From a virus (Duplodnaviria > Caudoviricetes): a stretch of DNA of 64,000 bases. This document shows positions 9,246 to 18,202 of the stretch, in pieces. Within the stretch, counting starts at the first letter, position 1; each line of letters begins with the position of its first letter. The notes under the pieces are model-generated. The model was not told the origin of the DNA. It did not search any database and saw nothing but the letters and a program-made list of their open reading frames with translations. The stretch lies in IMG/VR virus record IMGVR_UViG_3300037189_030782. One strand, given 5' to 3'. A program made the translations under genes and the position numbers.

Positions 9246-10583
9246 ATGGAAGACAGTATTCAGGAAATTCTGGACGACAAGACGGAGATTAATCCTGAAT
9301 TTACTCAGTATTACGAAGAAGGCATCATCAGTCTTAGTCTTGATTATCCAGAATTTTTCGGCACTATTGCAAGATTTCTTAAGCCTGATATGTTTGCCCG
9401 CAGCGAATGTCAGATAGTGGTAGCGCTAATACTGAATTACTATGAAAAATATAATACTGTGCCGACGAGGAGGTTAGTGCGTGAGTTAGCGTATGAGCAG
9501 GTGTCTGTTGATGACAACTTTGAGCCTATCTTAGCGCTTATAGAGCGGGAATCTGACCACCGAGAAATCCCTTTTCTTAAAGAAAAAATGCTGTCGTGGG
9601 CCAGGAAGAAAGCCTTTTCCATGATCTACAGCCCTGAAGCGATCCAGTGCTTTGAAGATGGAGACTATGATGCATTGGAAAAGATAGTAGACGAAGCGCA
9701 TAAGATAACTGATGTGGGCGAAGGTGGGATGTTTTTGTTAGAGAACGTGGACCTATTATTCGAGGAATCTGCCAACCTTCATGTTACAACTGGTTTCAAG
9801 CAGTTAGATAAGTGCTTGAATGATGGTGGTCCATCGCCAAAAGAAGTAGTCTGCTATTTGGCGCCCACGAATGTAGGCAAAAGTATCGTGCTGTGCCAGA
9901 CGGCCATTCATAGCCTTGAGGCTGCTTCTGTGGACGGCACTATTGGCCAGAATGTTTTATTCGTTTCCTTTGAGCTAGATATTAAAAAGACTGCAGCACG
10001 TATGCTTTCGTCAATGTCACAAGTACCAATTAGTCAAATCAAGAATCATAAAGAACGTTGTGTCAATAAAGTTGATACAGTGAAGAATTACTTTAAGAAG
10101 GACGTGGCTATATTTGAATATGCTCCGGATGAGCATAGTGTAGACACCATCTATACCTTAATAGATAATCTTAAGAGGACTAAAAGCTTTAAGCCCGATA
10201 TTGTCATTTTAGATTATATGGATCTCATGGTCAGTCGTCACAAGGCCTATAATAAAGATGATTATGTGCGTCAAAAGCATGTGGCTACTGAAATTCGTGC
10301 TTTAGCTAAGAACACTAATACTGTGGTTTTTACAGCTACTCAGACAAATCGGGCAGGTGCGACGGATAGCGCTGAGAATATTGACATGACAAAGGCGGCA
10401 GATAGCTTTGCTAAACAATTTGCGCTTGACTACGTAATTAGTTTGAACCAATCTTATCAGGATCGAGTAGCTACTCCACCGCGACTTAGGATGTTCATTG
10501 CCAAAAATCGGAACGGTGAGCGTAACAAAACGATTGATTGTGAGATTTTGTACGACCTAATGAGAGTGAAGGAATCTTTATGA
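9246..10583 (+). CDS. Replicative DNA helicase (DnaB / T4 gp41-like)
   Basis: Walker A LAPTNVGKS, Walker B VILDYMDL, ATQTNR, IAKNRNG. Confidence 0.9.
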   Translation: MEDSIQEILDDKTEINPEFTQYYEEGIISLSLDYPEFFGTIARFLKPDMFARSECQIVVALILNYYEKYNTVPTRRLVRELAYEQVSVDDNFEPILALIERESDHREIPFLKEKMLSWARKKAFSMIYSPEAIQCFEDGDYDALEKIVDEAHKITDVGEGGMFLLENVDLLFEESANLHVTTGFKQLDKCLNDGGPSPKEVVCYLAPTNVGKSIVLCQTAIHSLEAASVDGTIGQNVLFVSFELDIKKTAARMLSSMSQVPISQIKNHKERCVNKVDTVKNYFKKDVAIFEYAPDEHSVDTIYTLIDNLKRTKSFKPDIVILDYMDLMVSRHKAYNKDDYVRQKHVATEIRALAKNTNTVVFTATQTNRAGATDSAENIDMTKAADSFAKQFALDYVISLNQSYQDRVATPPRLRMFIAKNRNGERNKTIDCEILYDLMRVKESL

Positions 10584-10765
10584 AAATGAAAGTTTTAATC
10601 GAACTTGATGTGAGTAGGACGTTGGCGGATACAATAGAAAGAACTGGTTTTACGCTTAGTGCTGATGGCAGTAAGTTTAAAGTGCAAGTTCCGAATGCTC
10701 CAGCTATCACTCAACGTAAGGTGAAAGTGTCATTTGATCGAGTCCAGCCAGAGGAGACTAAGTAG
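10580..10765 (+). CDS. Small hypothetical protein (61 aa)
   Basis: ATGA-type overlap with helicase stop. Confidence 0.6.
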   Translation: MKMKVLIELDVSRTLADTIERTGFTLSADGSKFKVQVPNAPAITQRKVKVSFDRVQPEETK

Positions 10766-11184
10766 TGTCTATTCCAAAATCGCTTAAATTACAGAGTGAA
10801 GAAGTAGCGTCTGCGCCGGAGCAGATCGATAGCAATGGGCCGCTTAAAAATTTCTCTACTTGCGACACTAAGCCAGTGAAGTGCTGTAGCCCAGATGACA
10901 GAGCCGAGAAAGTATCGAATTTGCTTAAATGGAAGCCGTTAAACGGTTTGGTCATAGTTAAGTGTGAACCGGTAGAAGAATCTATCATCATCACCAATGT
11001 TAACAATGCACCTGCTTTTAAACTCGAAGGCGTAGTGTTGAGTATAGCTAGTGATGTGTTGAATGTAGAGCCAGGTGAATATGTTAAATTTGGCAAGTCT
11101 GGAATAGTGTCAGACTCTGTAGATCCGACAGATTCGTCAGTCATTTTGCTTAATCATAAAAGCATCTTGTGCAGCAGGGTATAA
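10765..11184 (+). CDS. groES: GroES/Cpn10-like co-chaperonin with N-terminal extension
   Basis: WKPLNGLVIVK...EGVVLSI...VEPGEYVKF...ILLNHKSIL follows the Cpn10 pattern. Confidence 0.7.
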   Translation: MSIPKSLKLQSEEVASAPEQIDSNGPLKNFSTCDTKPVKCCSPDDRAEKVSNLLKWKPLNGLVIVKCEPVEESIIITNVNNAPAFKLEGVVLSIASDVLNVEPGEYVKFGKSGIVSDSVDPTDSSVILLNHKSILCSRV

Positions 11185-11573
11185 TGAATTACATATACAT
11201 ATGCCTGGATTGTGAGCAGAAGGCGATCCAGGCAGGGATTGGCGAAAAATCAGAATCATATCCAGAATTAGTGTTGTATGAGACGAGTCATCCGATGGTG
11301 CCGTCAGATCAAGAATTGCTTGATGCGGTTGTGTGTCCACGCTGTGGTTCGACCAAAGGTGAAAAATCTTTCCACGACTACAATATACAGTGCTATATCC
11401 GAGGCAACGGCTTCTTAGATAGAGCTGGAACTAGGAGAGATATGGACATTCACACAATCACCAAGAACGACCCATTTGCTGAGCATCGCGTGTCAGGGGA
11501 AGTAGACCAAGTGGTGTCTGATATGCGTAAAGCTGATAAGCATAATCCTAAACCAATTCATTTCGTAGTTTAG
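11184..11573 (+). CDS. FmdB-like zinc-ribbon protein
   Basis: YIYICLDC and VCPRCGS Cys pairs; ATG overlaps previous TAA. Confidence 0.65.
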   Translation: MNYIYICLDCEQKAIQAGIGEKSESYPELVLYETSHPMVPSDQELLDAVVCPRCGSTKGEKSFHDYNIQCYIRGNGFLDRAGTRRDMDIHTITKNDPFAEHRVSGEVDQVVSDMRKADKHNPKPIHFVV

Positions 11574-11588
11574 TGTATTGATGGCGGC

Positions 11589-12758
11589 ATGGAATCTATT
11601 TTCGTTCATGCCGCCTACAATCGCAGTGGTAGGCCTGAGTTCGTAGAGATCAGCACCAAAGCTGTGATCAAAAGGATAGGTCTTTTCTTAGCAGGATCCA
11701 AAGCGAAATTAAAAGAAGTATTTGACAAGATCGATAAGTTAAAGGGTTTTATCGATTCAGCTTTAGCTAAAAACATCCGGGTCGGTTATGATGATGTAAG
11801 GACGGCTAGGCTGTTCCAGATTTCCAATGTACAAATGTGTTATTACTTCGAAGGTGGCTGTAAGCCTGATGGTGACGCTGATTTTAACAGATACAGGCAT
11901 TTAATGGCTAGGTGTATCAATGCCTATGAGACCATAAATCAACGTGGTATATTTATTAATCATAAGCGTATGTCGCCGGTTTTTTCTTTAGAGACTTTTA
12001 CGAGCCGCACTAAATGCTCTGTGTTCGACCTTCAGAATTATCCGCATCACGATTGTGTATCACATGATAGGAATGACGAATCATCTGTCTATTTGCAGTT
12101 AGACTGGATTTCAGCTGATGTGCGCATGGCTGGATTACTGTCCGGAGACGAAGGGCTTATAAATTGCTTTTCGGATTCTGACCCATACCAGTATATGGCA
12201 GATAGAGCTAATGAATTCGATGAAGTGTTAACCAGAGAACAATGTAAAATTAGGCTTTTAAAATCTATCAATAGTTTAAACGGGCATGACGTAATTGTGA
12301 AGTCATGCTTTCCTGGGTTATCAAACTGGATTTTGGATGTGAGTCACAGATTGATGTTACCCGACAGTGTGTTTTACACGATTTTAGGTCGGGCTTATAA
12401 GCAGATAGCTGATCGATCCAAGAACGCTATTATGAATGCAATGCTGCAGGGTAGTGTAGCTCATGGCATGCACAATGTAATAGCGAAGGTACAGCATGAT
12501 TTCCCGACTTATTTCATCTGTGACATGCATGATTCTGTCGTGTTAAGTGTTCCTAATCATGTAGGGGTGTTGAATGAAGTGATAGATAAAGTGGCAAGAA
12601 TAATGGTAAACCCGTTTAATGGTATTTTACCAGATGATCCATCATTTCCTGTCAGAGTCAATGTGGGCAAGAAGTGGAAAAAATGGAAGCCGTATAAGAT
12701 CATAAGGGGATATGCAGATGATTTCGCGCAGGATCCAGATGAAGCGCCAGAAGCGTAA
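11589..12758 (+). CDS. Family A DNA polymerase, minimal divergent polymerase domain
   Basis: TSRT...DLQNYP, motif A LDWISADVRMAGLLSGD, motif B REQCK, NAMLQGSVA, motif C DMHDSVV, VNVGKKW. Confidence 0.8.
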   Translation: MESIFVHAAYNRSGRPEFVEISTKAVIKRIGLFLAGSKAKLKEVFDKIDKLKGFIDSALAKNIRVGYDDVRTARLFQISNVQMCYYFEGGCKPDGDADFNRYRHLMARCINAYETINQRGIFINHKRMSPVFSLETFTSRTKCSVFDLQNYPHHDCVSHDRNDESSVYLQLDWISADVRMAGLLSGDEGLINCFSDSDPYQYMADRANEFDEVLTREQCKIRLLKSINSLNGHDVIVKSCFPGLSNWILDVSHRLMLPDSVFYTILGRAYKQIADRSKNAIMNAMLQGSVAHGMHNVIAKVQHDFPTYFICDMHDSVVLSVPNHVGVLNEVIDKVARIMVNPFNGILPDDPSFPVRVNVGKKWKKWKPYKIIRGYADDFAQDPDEAPEA

Positions 12759-12885
12759 ACTGTTGCAGAAGGCGAGGAAGGCGTCCGGAGTCAGTAAGAA
12801 GACTTTTGGATCCAATAAGCCTATTCCAGCCTCAGACTTTAATCGAGTGGCTTTTAAGGCCAAAGAAGACGCAGGAGAGGAATAA
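12712..12885 (+). CDS. Small very basic protein (57 aa), absent from the ORF track
   Basis: MQMISRRIQMKRQKRKLLQKARKASGVSKKTFGSNKPIPASDFNRVAFKAKEDAGEE; its TAA overlaps the next ATG. Confidence 0.6.
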   Translation: MQMISRRIQMKRQKRKLLQKARKASGVSKKTFGSNKPIPASDFNRVAFKAKEDAGEE

Positions 12886-13394
12886 TGGCAGACGGACAAG
12901 CGGAATGGTTCATTGACAATGTGCCTCCAGAGATTCTCGAAAGCACATTGTGTAGATTTAAGATAGGCTTCGTAGACGACAATAGCAAAGCTAAGCATTT
13001 GCATTCGGTCGACATTCCGACTTTCGTAGAGATTGATGTTGATAATATTGAACGACACTTGCGTGACACGCCAGCTCAGTATGCGTTCATATCGGAAGTT
13101 TATGCAGAAGCCAAAAAGCAATTATCTGTCATCGAACGTAGTATTAAACTACGTAGGAGCCAGATTTTTAAAGAATGTTACGAGAAGGGAGGTTCAGAAA
13201 AGGTAAGATTAACTGTGGAGCAGATAAAAGCGATCGTCGAATTAGACGAGGAAGTCACTCGGCTTGAAGATTTAGGCTTCAATGCTGATTCACGGGTAAG
13301 CAAGCTATTCGGCTTGTTAAAATCTGTGGAATTAAAAAACAATAACATTGCCCAATTAGCTAAGATGAAAGTCCAAGAGCGCTTCAACACTTAA
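12885..13394 (+). CDS. UvsY-like recombination mediator
   Basis: Coiled-coil pattern (PAQYAFISEVYAEAK...LFGLLKSVELKNNNI) and position directly before the SSB. Confidence 0.65.
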   Translation: MADGQAEWFIDNVPPEILESTLCRFKIGFVDDNSKAKHLHSVDIPTFVEIDVDNIERHLRDTPAQYAFISEVYAEAKKQLSVIERSIKLRRSQIFKECYEKGGSEKVRLTVEQIKAIVELDEEVTRLEDLGFNADSRVSKLFGLLKSVELKNNNIAQLAKMKVQERFNT

Positions 13395-13403
13395 AAGGAG
13401 ACT

Positions 13404-14393
13404 ATGATGAGCTACGATATAAACGATATTCGCAAAAAGCTGCAATCAGCTGGCGACGGAAAGAGGCAGGACCCTGATGAGTTTCGCCCAGAGAAGGTAA
13501 AGAATCCTGGCGACAATTTTAAATACAGGTTCTATATTTTGCCACCTGTAGGAGCAGGTCAGATTATCAAAGGTGGACAAGCACCTAAATCAATGGACCA
13601 GTTCTTTGTGAAGCACGGCAATCACTGGATCGAGAATCGACCTCATCCTTGCCCGCGAGTCTGGGATAATTCGCATTGCGATGTATGTGATTTCGGCTTT
13701 GCGCTATTAAAAGATTGCCATAAGGACGATAAGACTAAGAGGACTCAAATAGTTAAGGACTGGATGCCTAACCAGAACTATATGGTTAACATCTTTTTCC
13801 CTAACGTGAAGCAGAATCCTGAGGCACTACGTAATACGGTTAAGTGGTATAATGCCTCGAAAACGTGTTTCGAAATTTGGACCAAGTGCCTGATGAGTGA
13901 CAACGCAGGAGATCCAGATGAGCCATTGGCCCATGGGATTTTCTTCGATGAGTATAAATCTTGGCTATTCGAACTCGACATCACCGAGCAGGGTCGCCAG
14001 AATAGCTATAAAACCAGTAGATTTTTAGCGAGCGGAGGAGTACCAATTCCGATTGCTAAAAACGCAGACGGTTCAGCTAATGAAGCAGCCATCAAGGGCA
14101 TCTTGAAGTTACGCCACGACCTGCATTCTAAGGTAGAGACGCCTGATCCAAGCAAGATCAAGCAATTGGCAGATAAAATCATCAAAGGCGACGATAGCCT
14201 TGATGAACGTAATAACAAAGTAGGCTTCCATGATGAGGAAGAGGAGCAGCCGAAGCCCACACCGAAGTCTAAGGCTCCTGTCAATGATGACGAGGAGTTA
14301 CCACCGATTGCGGAGACAAAGAAATCAAAAGCTCCTGTCACCACAAACGATGAAGATGATTCGCTTGATTCGTTATTAGCTACGCTTGACTAG
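13404..14393 (+). CDS. Single-stranded DNA-binding protein (T4 gp32-like)
   Basis: YRFYILPP, HGNH, CPR...CDVC zinc ligands, acidic tail ending EDDSLDSLLATLD. Confidence 0.85.
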   Translation: MMSYDINDIRKKLQSAGDGKRQDPDEFRPEKVKNPGDNFKYRFYILPPVGAGQIIKGGQAPKSMDQFFVKHGNHWIENRPHPCPRVWDNSHCDVCDFGFALLKDCHKDDKTKRTQIVKDWMPNQNYMVNIFFPNVKQNPEALRNTVKWYNASKTCFEIWTKCLMSDNAGDPDEPLAHGIFFDEYKSWLFELDITEQGRQNSYKTSRFLASGGVPIPIAKNADGSANEAAIKGILKLRHDLHSKVETPDPSKIKQLADKIIKGDDSLDERNNKVGFHDEEEEQPKPTPKSKAPVNDDEELPPIAETKKSKAPVTTNDEDDSLDSLLATLD

Positions 14394-14403
14394 TAAGATT
14401 GTG

Positions 14404-14431
14404 CAATGGCCCTGGTATCCCGGGGCCATTG
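14404..14431 (+). terminator. Strong hairpin after the SSB gene (terminator or mRNA stabiliser)
   Basis: CAATGGCCCTGG-tatc-CCGGGGCCATTG, 12-bp stem with one GU pair; weak U tract. Confidence 0.6.
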
Positions 14432-14448
14432 TCGTATTTAGAGTAACC

Positions 14449-15288
14449 ATGTACAAACACGCTCTTATCGATGGCAAAAACCTGCTATACCGCTGCTTAT
14501 ATGCTAACGCAGATAACGAAATAGGCATGATCGATAAAGCAGTACACATGTTCGTGACACATCTCATAGAATATAAGAAGACTGCAGAATCCAATCATGT
14601 CCACGTGTTCTGGGATGAAGACCGCAATAAGGTATGGAGGCGTTATCTGTACCCTGGATATAAAGACCGTGATGATTCAGATTATGTAAATGGTTTTCGC
14701 AGTAGTCTGCAACGATGCATCGACATTCTTAGAAAAGTACTTACGAAATTGCCAGTTAGACAATATTGGGCAGAGAGGCAGGAAGCTGATGATTTGATTT
14801 TTGCTGCATCAATTATCCTAGAGCCGGATCCTGTTGTTATATTTAGCACAGATGGAGATATGACGCAGATTTCATTTAAGTACAAGCATGTTAAGATTTA
14901 TCATCACAAGAAAGGTATGCTTGCCACTCCAAAAGCCAGCCCCATATTGGTCAAGTGTTTAATGGGAGATAGTAGTGACAGCATCAATGGATATAAAGGC
15001 ATTGGTCCTGTGAAAGCCGAGAAGCTTGTGTTAGAGGATGCAATTGGTGGTTTCCTAGCTAAAGCGGGCAATGAGCAATTCGAATTTAATAGAAAACTAA
15101 TCGATTTAAGCCTGAATCCTGAAATTGTAAAAAATAAAATCTACGTGGCCAATGTACTACTTGAGCCAGCGGCCACGAACATTTCTGAATTTAATGCTGA
15201 GCTCATCAAGTATAAACTCAGCACCATGTATCAAAATTCAGCATTAATAAAGCGAGAATTCATTAACCTTCCGACGCAATTGTCTTAG
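14449..15288 (+). CDS. 5'-3' exonuclease / RNase H (T4 rnh / FEN-like)
   Basis: LIDGKNLLYR, EADDLI, STDGDMTQ, LMGDSSDSINGYKGIGPVKA (H3TH motif). Confidence 0.92.
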   Translation: MYKHALIDGKNLLYRCLYANADNEIGMIDKAVHMFVTHLIEYKKTAESNHVHVFWDEDRNKVWRRYLYPGYKDRDDSDYVNGFRSSLQRCIDILRKVLTKLPVRQYWAERQEADDLIFAASIILEPDPVVIFSTDGDMTQISFKYKHVKIYHHKKGMLATPKASPILVKCLMGDSSDSINGYKGIGPVKAEKLVLEDAIGGFLAKAGNEQFEFNRKLIDLSLNPEIVKNKIYVANVLLEPAATNISEFNAELIKYKLSTMYQNSALIKREFINLPTQLS

Positions 15289-15781
15289 TATGTGGCGTTG
15301 ATTTGATGTCGGTAAACGTGTGTATTGCGGAGCGTGGTACGATTTTGTCAGTATGTCCGGTTCTTGTGTCTTTGAACATTAGAGCGCAGATGTTTGCGTC
15401 ATGGCTTAGCATCAAGCCATCTGATGACGTCCATACGAACTGACTTAACTCTGGACCGATTAGGTTCTTTATACCTAGCTCTTCCCAGTATTCTTTGTAT
15501 ATGATACGGCCATGTTGGTAGATGATATCTTTTTCGAGTACTAGTCGTTCAAATTTCGCATATTTTTCGTTCTTTAATTCTTTCTTTTCGAGAGTTACCA
15601 CTCGCAGATTCCATTGATTAAGTACAATCACTTGGCCGTCGGCCATGAATGCAAAGGTCATCTCTTTGGCAATCATTGGTATGTTGTAGATGTCGTAGTC
15701 TTGTCGTTCTAGGATTTCTATGTTGCGAAACGACTGCCCAGATGATAAGCTAACGTGATCTGCGATGATCATTTGGATCAA
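15263..15781 (-). CDS. Hypothetical protein
   Basis: 172-aa ORF with protein-like composition; convergent with the exonuclease. Confidence 0.65.
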   Translation of the reverse strand: MIQMIIADHVSLSSGQSFRNIEILERQDYDIYNIPMIAKEMTFAFMADGQVIVLNQWNLRVVTLEKKELKNEKYAKFERLVLEKDIIYQHGRIIYKEYWEELGIKNLIGPELSQFVWTSSDGLMLSHDANICALMFKDTRTGHTDKIVPRSAIHTFTDIKSTPHTKTIASEG

Positions 15782-15974
15782 CCCTCGTGTCTTTAATATC
15801 TTTGTAGGGGCAATGGCGGCAGTGTCGGTATAATAGGTTCAGGTGCGATCGATGCCTTCTTCGAATGATCGGGTCATGGGATGCACTTTTAACAAAGAGA
15901 TTTAGCAAGGAATTATATTAAACGAATATTCTAATTTCCAGATAACTTATAATAACTGTTCTAGGGGATCTGAA

Positions 15975-16739
15975 ATGGGTAGAAAGAAATCGTGGAAAGA
16001 CCAGTTAAAGGTCGAAGATGACTCTAAACCCGATTGGAAAGCCGTTAGAGACGCAATTGAACCTGTAAAACATCGGAGTTCGGCTTCACATGAGGAACCC
16101 AAGAAGGAATTAAAGACCAAAACGTTAGAGGCTAAGACTGAAAATCAAAAGCATTATATGAAAATTGTGCGCGAGTGCACTGTGACATTTTGCTCTGGTG
16201 TAGCTGGCACTGGCAAAACGTATATTGCATGTGGAATTGGCGCTCAGATGTTAATGGACAATAAGATCAATCGTATTATCATAAGCAGGCCAATCGTTGA
16301 ATGTGGACATCGCCTAGGTTTCTTACCTGGCGATTTGCATGAAAAAACTGATCCTTATATGAACCCGATGTTTGAGTCGTTGGGTGACTTTATAGACCCT
16401 GTAAGTTTAAAGAAGCTATTAACAGATAAAGTGATAGAGAGCGTTCCACTTGAGACCATGCGTGGTCGCACGTTCCATAACTCTTTAATGATTTTAGATG
16501 AGGCGCAGAACGTCACCAAGACGCAAATGAAAATGTTCCTGACTCGCATGGGCAAGGATAGTAAAGTGGTGATTTGTGGAGACACTAATCAAAGCGACTT
16601 AACTCATCAGGACATAAACCCGTTACGATGGGCGATGGCTTTACTAGATCATGATCAAATTGGTAAGGTAGTATTGACAGAGGCAGATATACAAAGGCAT
16701 GGTCTGATCAGTTACATTTTAACTGCATTGGGGAATTAA
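15975..16739 (+). CDS. phoH: PhoH family ATPase
   Basis: GVAGTGKT, SRPIVE, LGFLPG, MRGRT, ILDEAQN, GDTNQSD. Confidence 0.95.
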   Translation: MGRKKSWKDQLKVEDDSKPDWKAVRDAIEPVKHRSSASHEEPKKELKTKTLEAKTENQKHYMKIVRECTVTFCSGVAGTGKTYIACGIGAQMLMDNKINRIIISRPIVECGHRLGFLPGDLHEKTDPYMNPMFESLGDFIDPVSLKKLLTDKVIESVPLETMRGRTFHNSLMILDEAQNVTKTQMKMFLTRMGKDSKVVICGDTNQSDLTHQDINPLRWAMALLDHDQIGKVVLTEADIQRHGLISYILTALGN

Positions 16740-17287
16740 TGGTAGAACTTGTGCTGGAGCGTTTGGAGAACAATTTTTATGACTTGCCAGTCAAGCAGAC
16801 AGTCGGCGCTGCATCCTTAGACTTTCATGCATGTTTAGACAGGGACTTATTTGCTATTGATGAAAATGGCAAACGCCACTGGTTTAAATGCGTAGGAGAA
16901 TTTCGTAATTACGATAAGCTTAGCGTAGCTAGGCTATCGGCGCTTCGCTGCGGGCCGACCAAAATCGGCGTAAAGCCTGGCGAAACTATCATGATTCCTC
17001 TCGGCTTTAAGACTAAATTCTCGTCAGACTACGTTCTTTTGCTTGCTATTCGCAGTGGCGCAAGTTTGCGAGGGTTAAGATTATCGAATAGTGTGGGTAT
17101 AATCGACAGTGATTATCGCGGAGAATTGATGGCAGTTATCACTAACCACAATGAAAATATTCAATATATTGAAAACGGCGAAAGAATAGTGCAGGGGCTA
17201 TTGACTCATGCGCTAAAAATCAACGTGCTTGAGGGAAAAGTTGATGAAACCGCCAGGGGAGTTGGCGGTTTCGGCAGCACGAATTAA
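16739..17287 (+). CDS. dut: Trimeric dUTPase with insertion
   Basis: ASLDFHA, IRSG, GIIDSDYRGE, ERIVQ, RGVGGFGST motifs. Confidence 0.93.
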   Translation: MVELVLERLENNFYDLPVKQTVGAASLDFHACLDRDLFAIDENGKRHWFKCVGEFRNYDKLSVARLSALRCGPTKIGVKPGETIMIPLGFKTKFSSDYVLLLAIRSGASLRGLRLSNSVGIIDSDYRGELMAVITNHNENIQYIENGERIVQGLLTHALKINVLEGKVDETARGVGGFGSTN

Positions 17288-18129
17288 GTGGGTAATGCTG
17301 CTACTTGAGCACTAAACACTCCGTCATCGCTGCGTGACATGGAAAATTCTAGCCACCATCCGCCAATGGGCCGCGCTGCGCGGCCCTTCTCGATGTGATA
17401 ACCGCTATCTTCGTGCTTGTAGCTGCTGCAGCGCAGAAACATCTGGTTTATGCTTCGAATTTTGCCTTTGCTACTGCAGCGTAGCAATATGTTTTCGTCC
17501 ATGTTCCTTCTGTGGATATGGCCGGAAACATATATGTCAGCTTGGTATTGGCCTCTGGTTCGGCTGTGATCAATAAGACCTCTGGTTACTTCACCACCAC
17601 CGCCGTAGCCATGATGGTAATGCAGAATCTTGCTGTCTCTATGTGTTGAATACTGGATGATGAATTGGACGAAACCCCAATATTGGCCTGTTGCTACTTT
17701 GCTACCATCCTTACGTAAGATACCTACGAGTCGTTGGATAAGATCGACTTCGTGGCGTTTGATGATAGCTGTTTCGTGGTTGCCGTAGCCGATTAGAGCT
17801 AACTGGTCTTTGTAAGGTAGCAAATAGTCGCTTGCAGTGTTGACTAACAGGTCTAAGTAATTTGGGCCGTGGTGTTCTGGCCTAAGTTGCTCGGATGATT
17901 TTCTTGGGTCCCACTTACCTTGCATTACGTCAAAGAAATCACCGAAAATGAAGATAGGACTATCGGCAGCTTTTGCCTCATCAAGGTGTTTAGTGAGTAT
18001 CTTGCGGTCACACCAGGCGCTATCCCAGTGAACGTCACTAAGGATTAAGCATTTGTGTTTAGACGACGCAGTTAGTAAATTCAGAGTGGCTTTGTGGACG
18101 TTATTGTCCGTTCGCAGTAGCGAGAACAT
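17284..18129 (-). CDS. Calcineurin-like metallophosphoesterase
   Basis: SDVHWD, GDFFD, GNHE, HHG, GHIH; start at the ATG after AAGGAGG. Confidence 0.85.
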   Translation of the reverse strand: MFSLLRTDNNVHKATLNLLTASSKHKCLILSDVHWDSAWCDRKILTKHLDEAKAADSPIFIFGDFFDVMQGKWDPRKSSEQLRPEHHGPNYLDLLVNTASDYLLPYKDQLALIGYGNHETAIIKRHEVDLIQRLVGILRKDGSKVATGQYWGFVQFIIQYSTHRDSKILHYHHGYGGGGEVTRGLIDHSRTRGQYQADIYVSGHIHRRNMDENILLRCSSKGKIRSINQMFLRCSSYKHEDSGYHIEKGRAARPIGGWWLEFSMSRSDDGVFSAQVAALPT

Positions 18130-18202
18130 TATCAACCTCCTTGAGTTCACCTTATGTTTTCCAAGGAGGTGTTAAGTTACGTAAATTAACGGTTCGTATA
18201 TA

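Noticed and set aside
15782-15877. Upstream ATG (15877) in frame with ORF 15263-15781 across a TGA at 15839-15841, suggesting readthrough
   Set aside because: Single instance with no supporting context; all three frames look equally plausible there.
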